Source: a virus
Lineage: Duplodnaviria > Caudoviricetes
DNA: 64,000 nucleotides
Direction: 5' to 3' (one strand)
Virus record (IMG/VR): IMGVR_UViG_2937884906_000001
Span: 1 to 64,000 of that record
This document shows positions 59,580 to 64,000 of the stretch, piece after piece (position 1 is the stretch's first letter; every line of letters begins with the position of its first letter). Both the position numbers and the translations under genes were made by a program. The notes under the pieces are model-generated. The model made no database searches and had not been told where the DNA came from. It was given only the letters and a program-made list of their open reading frames with translations.

Positions 59580-60074
59580 ATGAGCAGGACCACCATCACC
59601 ACGGCATCTGATCCCAACACCAAATACCACGACGTCTGTAGCCAGCTCGAATTCAGCGGTTGGGCCAAAATCAGCTGCGGAGAATATGCGTCGATCTGGG
59701 CTCACCCCGATTGCCCCGACTCCGTCTTGAAGGTCGGCCACGACCTCAGCGACGGCTGGCTGGACTACGCCAAGTCCTGCACCAAGACCCGCTCGCCCCA
59801 CGCGCCCCGTATCCACGCGATCGAGCTCTACGAGAACTTCTTCTACGCCGAGATCGAGCGCCTCGCGCCTCTCTCACCCGATCGCTACTACGAGGAAAGC
59901 CTCAGCCGGCATCCTTATCCCGAGGACGTTCCGACCCACTCGCTGGCATGCTTCCTGCGCCGTACGGAGCGCGTCCGCCGCAAGTTCACGGACCATCTCG
60001 CCGACTACCATGAGAACAACTTCATGGTCCGGCCCTCCACCAACGAAATCGTCTGCACGGACCCATGGTGCTAA
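59580..60074 (+). CDS. T7 gp0.7-like protein kinase domain, copy 1
   Basis: CGEYASIW.HP, VLKVG, DYHENNFM, TDP. Confidence 0.8.
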   Translation: MSRTTITTASDPNTKYHDVCSQLEFSGWAKISCGEYASIWAHPDCPDSVLKVGHDLSDGWLDYAKSCTKTRSPHAPRIHAIELYENFFYAEIERLAPLSPDRYYEESLSRHPYPEDVPTHSLACFLRRTERVRRKFTDHLADYHENNFMVRPSTNEIVCTDPWC

Positions 60075-60075
60075 C

Positions 60076-60618
60076 ATGAGAGCCCAGATCAATCACGCCC
60101 GCCGCAACGCCTGCTTCAGCGAAGCCGCACTGCGCCAAAAGGGATACCGTCAGATCGGCCGCGGAGCCTTCTCCAAGGCGTTCGTCCATCCCGACGCCCC
60201 CGAAGTCGTCATCAAGGTCGGCAAGCTCTACAGCAAGCGCTGCGGTCTCACCGATGGCTTCCCGCACTTCGCCCAGCAACTGCTTGAGGGCGAGATCCAT
60301 TCCAAGTTCTTCCCCAAGGTCTACGGGCTCGTGATCGACCCCGTCAAACAGCTCTTCTGGTGCATCATGAAGCGCTACCGGAAGGTGCGGGGCGCCAAGA
60401 AAACGGCCGAGCAGATCAGCACCACACACAAGGCCATCACCGGCTCCATCAGCGGCACCAAGCCGGTCGGCCGCTTCCGCAAGGCGATGGAACAGCTGAT
60501 CGACCATCGGTTCATCTCGGACATTCACGCTGGCAACGTCCTCTGGAACGGCGCCACTCCCATCGTCATCGACCCAATCTGCATCCGGCCGCGTTACCAA
60601 ACGGAGTTCTACGCATGA
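60076..60618 (+). CDS. T7 gp0.7-like protein kinase domain, copy 2
   Basis: IGRGAFS.AF.HP, VIKVG, DIHAGNV, IDP. Confidence 0.88.
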   Translation: MRAQINHARRNACFSEAALRQKGYRQIGRGAFSKAFVHPDAPEVVIKVGKLYSKRCGLTDGFPHFAQQLLEGEIHSKFFPKVYGLVIDPVKQLFWCIMKRYRKVRGAKKTAEQISTTHKAITGSISGTKPVGRFRKAMEQLIDHRFISDIHAGNVLWNGATPIVIDPICIRPRYQTEFYA

Positions 60619-60971
60619 TCACCCAGACCCAATTCGACACCATCTACCGCGGCCTGGCCGCCCAGGGCTGGGAGCGGTCATACGACGAGGAGCACACCAT
60701 GTGCCTGTACCGCGACCGACCCAACGGCCGGAAGTGTGCGATCGGCCACCTCATCGCCGACGAGGACTACACCGTCGACATGGATGCATTCGACACCAGC
60801 AGCGGCTGCTTCACACTGGTCAACTTTCACCAGCGCGATCTGCTGATGGACATGACGTCGGACGAGTTCCAGCTCCTTCAGCAGGCCCATGACAACAACG
60901 AGTACCCGGCCGAAATGAAGGCTGCTTTCGAGGACATCGCCCTCGACCTCGGCCTGGTGATCCCGTCATGA
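60615..60971 (+). CDS. hypothetical phage protein
   Basis: C.YR...G.KCAIG.LI motif, frequent in phage early genes. Confidence 0.7.
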   Translation: MITQTQFDTIYRGLAAQGWERSYDEEHTMCLYRDRPNGRKCAIGHLIADEDYTVDMDAFDTSSGCFTLVNFHQRDLLMDMTSDEFQLLQQAHDNNEYPAEMKAAFEDIALDLGLVIPS

Positions 60972-61138
60972 AGAACTGGCGGAACTCCGTCCACGACGTC
61001 GGCCCTCCCCTCCACCACGACGACCCGCGCCACCGGTTCACCAAGATCGGCTTCGGTGGGGTCGCCATCGTCATCGGCCCAGGCCCGTTCGCGGTGCCTG
61101 CGCCGTCCGTCTATGTCAAGGAGACACCCAGTGAATGA
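60968..61138 (+). CDS. small hypothetical protein (56 aa)
   Basis: ATGA-coupled; fills gap. Confidence 0.45.
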   Translation: MKNWRNSVHDVGPPLHHDDPRHRFTKIGFGGVAIVIGPGPFAVPAPSVYVKETPSE

Positions 61139-61406
61139 CCGAGTTCGCTTCACCCTCAGCGACGTCGACAAGAACCACGCCGCCAACGCCAGGGCAGCGC
61201 AGAAGGCCTTCGGCCTGACCTGCACCCAGGCCTACAACGCTGTCCGCACCGAGCAGACGATCATCTGCCGGCCAAGCCAGTTCGCCCGGTTCCTGATCTT
61301 TCGGTCGCAGGAAGTCGACGGCAACCGCTTCAAGCAGCTCAACGCCGAGCTGCTTCCGCCCGAGCACCTCGACTACATGCTCGACGTCACAAGGAACGCA
61401 GCATGA
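61131..61406 (+). CDS. hypothetical protein
   Basis: GTG start after AAGGAG. Confidence 0.65.
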   Translation: MNDRVRFTLSDVDKNHAANARAAQKAFGLTCTQAYNAVRTEQTIICRPSQFARFLIFRSQEVDGNRFKQLNAELLPPEHLDYMLDVTRNAA

Positions 61407-61618
61407 CCACCATCACCTCTAACTTCGCCATCCTCGACGTCAAGGCCGGCCGCCACCGGCTCGCCCGTCATTTCTCGAACCGCCCGCGTCTCGGCGAGTG
61501 CCCCGAGAAGCTGCGTATCCCTATCGTGATCCACGGATACATCGACGACATCCATGGTCACGATGATGGGGTCAGTCAGGAGTTCCAGATCACGGTCTCG
61601 AAACTGGAGACGTCATGA
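61403..61618 (+). CDS. hypothetical protein
   Basis: ATGA-coupled. Confidence 0.65.
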   Translation: MTTITSNFAILDVKAGRHRLARHFSNRPRLGECPEKLRIPIVIHGYIDDIHGHDDGVSQEFQITVSKLETS

Positions 61619-61851
61619 ACCGCAAGATCGACTTCCCCCAGCTCCTGGAGCCAATCTATGCCCACGGCAGGAATGGCTTCTTTCAGGCCGCGGCGCTCAA
61701 CGTGCTCGAGATCACCAACTCCTGTCTCGTCCTGGAGAACTGGACGAGCAAGGGCACGATTGGCCGCGGCCGAGTGGTTCTGCCGGTGGACCGCAACGTG
61801 GTTCGTGATCTCGCGAACCACCTCAACAGGATAGCCGACCGGCTCCCCTGA
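61615..61851 (+). CDS. hypothetical protein
   Basis: ATGA-coupled. Confidence 0.65.
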   Translation: MNRKIDFPQLLEPIYAHGRNGFFQAAALNVLEITNSCLVLENWTSKGTIGRGRVVLPVDRNVVRDLANHLNRIADRLP

Positions 61852-61987
61852 CCCACAAGTTTCAGGTGCATCGCTCTCCTCCTGCGGGTCCACCAACCAT
61901 CCACTTAACGGCAACGCATGTTGGCTCGATCTGGCACCTGGATCGGGGCGTGGATGGTTGGCACCTACGCCATCATTGGAGACCATC

Positions 61988-62260
61988 GTGAACGTCAACG
62001 ACCTCACCTTCAACACCGGCCGCCTCTACACCAAGGACGGCCAGGTCATCCGCGCCGTCTTCGATGCCAACGCCGGCGTCGTGCGCTTCAACGACTTCTC
62101 ACGCATGGTGTCGGGAGAGTTCCCCTACCAGCGCCACAACAACACGCCCCAGGATCTCGCCCTCGCGGTGATGCTTGCCTACGACCACGGCATCTACACC
62201 TACACCCGCGAGGCCCCGCGCCGTGACCCGGACGCCGAGATCAGGAGCATCCGGCTATGA
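61988..62260 (+). CDS. hypothetical protein
   Basis: GTG start after GGAG; FNTGR.YT..GQ.I motif seen in phage early proteins. Confidence 0.65.
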   Translation: MNVNDLTFNTGRLYTKDGQVIRAVFDANAGVVRFNDFSRMVSGEFPYQRHNNTPQDLALAVMLAYDHGIYTYTREAPRRDPDAEIRSIRL

Positions 62261-62427
62261 GGCTGACCGCCCTGCTCCTCACCCTGACGCTGCTCACCGG
62301 CTGTCAAACGGTCGACAACTGCTCCTTCTGGAAAGGCAAGCCCTACGACGGGAGCCAGGAACTCTGGCGGCAATTCGACTGCCCGCTGACCGGGCAGCGC
62401 AGCACGTTTCTCAAATATCAGGAGTAG
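62257..62427 (+). CDS. small early lipoprotein (56 aa; below ORF-track cutoff)
   Basis: MRLTALLLTLTLLTGC lipobox; SD GGAG, ATGA overlap. Confidence 0.7.
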   Translation: MRLTALLLTLTLLTGCQTVDNCSFWKGKPYDGSQELWRQFDCPLTGQRSTFLKYQE

Positions 62428-62429
62428 TC

Positions 62430-62759
62430 GTGACCACCGAATGGAACCCCGGTCAGCAGACCGATGCCCAAGCAGAGGGCTGGGACATCTTCGAAGCGAG
62501 CGGCTCCCAGCTCAATGAGAACGGCGACCGCCCCTTCCAGCTGCAGGCCTGTGACCAAGCCCAGATATTCACCGGCTTCCTCTGCGACCTGAAGGCCTGG
62601 ACCCACGTTTACACCAAGGCGATGACCGGCTCGCTGCTCCACCAACAGGCACTGAACTTCCTCAAGGAACACAGCGCGCCGGAGTTCGAGGCCATCATCA
62701 GCGAGAACAGCCCTGACGGGCGCGAACTGAACGAGGAGTTCCAATGGCCGATGCTCTGA
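62430..62759 (+). CDS. hypothetical protein
   Basis: GTG start; A.AEGW.IF motif. Confidence 0.65.
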   Translation: MTTEWNPGQQTDAQAEGWDIFEASGSQLNENGDRPFQLQACDQAQIFTGFLCDLKAWTHVYTKAMTGSLLHQQALNFLKEHSAPEFEAIISENSPDGRELNEEFQWPML

Positions 62760-63070
62760 AATGCCTCTGGCAGATCCTCGTGCCGTGCAACTACAACAAC
62801 GGCAAGCCCGTCCGCACCCGCCACCACCGTGAGTGGGACAAGCGCATCAGGGCGATCACCGGCGGCCTCACGATCCTGTCCCCGGGCAAGGGCCAGTGGG
62901 TCGATCCCGCCACCGACACGCTCTACCAGGACCGCGTGATCCCGGTGCAGCTCATCGCGACCGCCGAAGAAATGGAGCGGATCGCCGACATCACCAACCA
63001 ACACTACCGCCAGCTCGCCGTCATGTATTTCAAGATGAGCGAGACGGCGATCATCAGGGAGGCAGCATGA
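62744..63070 (+). CDS. hypothetical protein
   Basis: 108 aa, GGLT....GQW.D...D..IPV. Confidence 0.7.
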   Translation: MADALKCLWQILVPCNYNNGKPVRTRHHREWDKRIRAITGGLTILSPGKGQWVDPATDTLYQDRVIPVQLIATAEEMERIADITNQHYRQLAVMYFKMSETAIIREAA

Positions 63071-64000
63071 ACGCCTTGTGCTTCCAGGTCCACGGCGACC
63101 ACATAACGGAAATCTCCCGAACCCGCGTGATCGAGGGCCGCTTCGATCACGGCTACCGCATCCTCTATGAGGGCCTGCACGGGATCAGCGCGGACCAGGT
63201 GCTCTCAATCCTGCGAGGTGACAGCAAGCTCGAAGGCATCAACGATCTTGACCTGATCGAGGACAACGACACTGAGTGGAAGGCCAAGCTCGAATACCAC
63301 TTCGCCGGTGTCTGGGTCACGTCGGCCGGCCGGCATCTGCGCCCCTACGCCATTGTCACGTCGTGGGGACCTGACGACATGAAGCACGCCGCTCGGATCA
63401 CCCCCGACAGCGACAGCGTGAAGACATCCAGTCTGATGCAGCCGATCGGCCAGGAAATGTCCGGGCGCAACCTGTATTACGCCGACGACCCCGACCGCGA
63501 CGTGGTGAAGAGCCTGCGGTTCAAATCGAATGACCCGGACATCGCGACCGCAAAGGACGGCACGGTGTCGATCCTCTTTAAGGAGATCAGAGGGTTCCCG
63601 ATGACTCTCATGTCGGCACACCACGACCCGCAGAAGGCGCTGGATGCCTTCATCAACGCCGACCGCAATCTGGAGCGGCGCGGCTACTGCGACCTGTATC
63701 CGCGTGAATATTTCAAGGTGCGGTACGAATGCGAGAAGGTCACCGACCCGGCGCCCGACGCCCAGACCCACATGACGATCAACGAGAACAGCCAGACCGA
63801 CTTCAACACGATCGGCCGGTTCCGCAACAAAGTGATCGACGCCAAGCAGCGCGGCATGGAGCTGGAGGAATACGAGCACTACCAGAGCATCATGCTGAAC
63901 AGGGACAGTCCCTTCCAGCAGCGGCTCGATGCACTCGATAACGTCATGAAGCTCCAGAAGACGCTTGATCGAAGCATTCCCGACTGGCGGGAGGCGATCA
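63067..64000 (+). CDS. hypothetical protein, truncated by window end
   Basis: Frame open from ATG 63067 to the window edge (my translation). Confidence 0.7.
   Translation, partial: MNALCFQVHGDHITEISRTRVIEGRFDHGYRILYEGLHGISADQVLSILRGDSKLEGINDLDLIEDNDTEWKAKLEYHFAGVWVTSAGRHLRPYAIVTSWGPDDMKHAARITPDSDSVKTSSLMQPIGQEMSGRNLYYADDPDRDVVKSLRFKSNDPDIATAKDGTVSILFKEIRGFPMTLMSAHHDPQKALDAFINADRNLERRGYCDLYPREYFKVRYECEKVTDPAPDAQTHMTINENSQTDFNTIGRFRNKVIDAKQRGMELEEYEHYQSIMLNRDSPFQQRLDALDNVMKLQKTLDRSIPDWREAI

Noticed and set aside
1-64000. Lysogeny module, CRISPR array, inteins/introns
   Set aside because: No integrase, CI/Cro pair or parAB; no spaced direct repeats. Helicase, polymerase, NrdJ and TerL have normal lengths without intein motifs.

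Overview
Most of the genome of a GC-rich, apparently lytic siphovirus (Caudoviricetes) of Alphaproteobacteria, probably Rhizobiales. The host is inferred from a GapR homolog, an EcfG-type sigma factor, host-like ThyA and B12-dependent NrdJ. The window has four blocks. (i) + strand 1-22029: replication, recombination and nucleotide metabolism (SF2 helicase, GapR, 5'-3' exonuclease, family A polymerase, ECF sigma, ATP ligase, ThyA, resolvase, SbcD/SbcC-like pair, HD/DUF5664/MazG-like hydrolases, NrdJ). (ii) - strand 22060-51532: the late operon (GpA-type terminase, portal, protease/scaffold, capsid, neck, lambda-like tail G/T-H-M-L-K-I-J, host-range cassette, holin/endolysin/spanins). (iii) + strand 51617-54828: putative TerS and primase-helicase. 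(iv) + strand 55269-64000: small early genes among structured non-coding stretches. I saw no integrase, tRNA, CRISPR array, RT or RNA polymerase. The most notable items are: a dispersed CCTA(T/G)AGTA motif at operon boundaries; intrinsic terminators placed just before key genes; tandem T7 gp0.7-like kinases behind a candidate structured RNA; a Tat-signal micro-protein resembling a tail-fibre C-terminus; an antisense RHH regulator with a candidate operator at the head genes; and an HTH-metallophosphoesterase inserted in the tail-tip operon. All family assignments are by eye from motifs; no database search was run.
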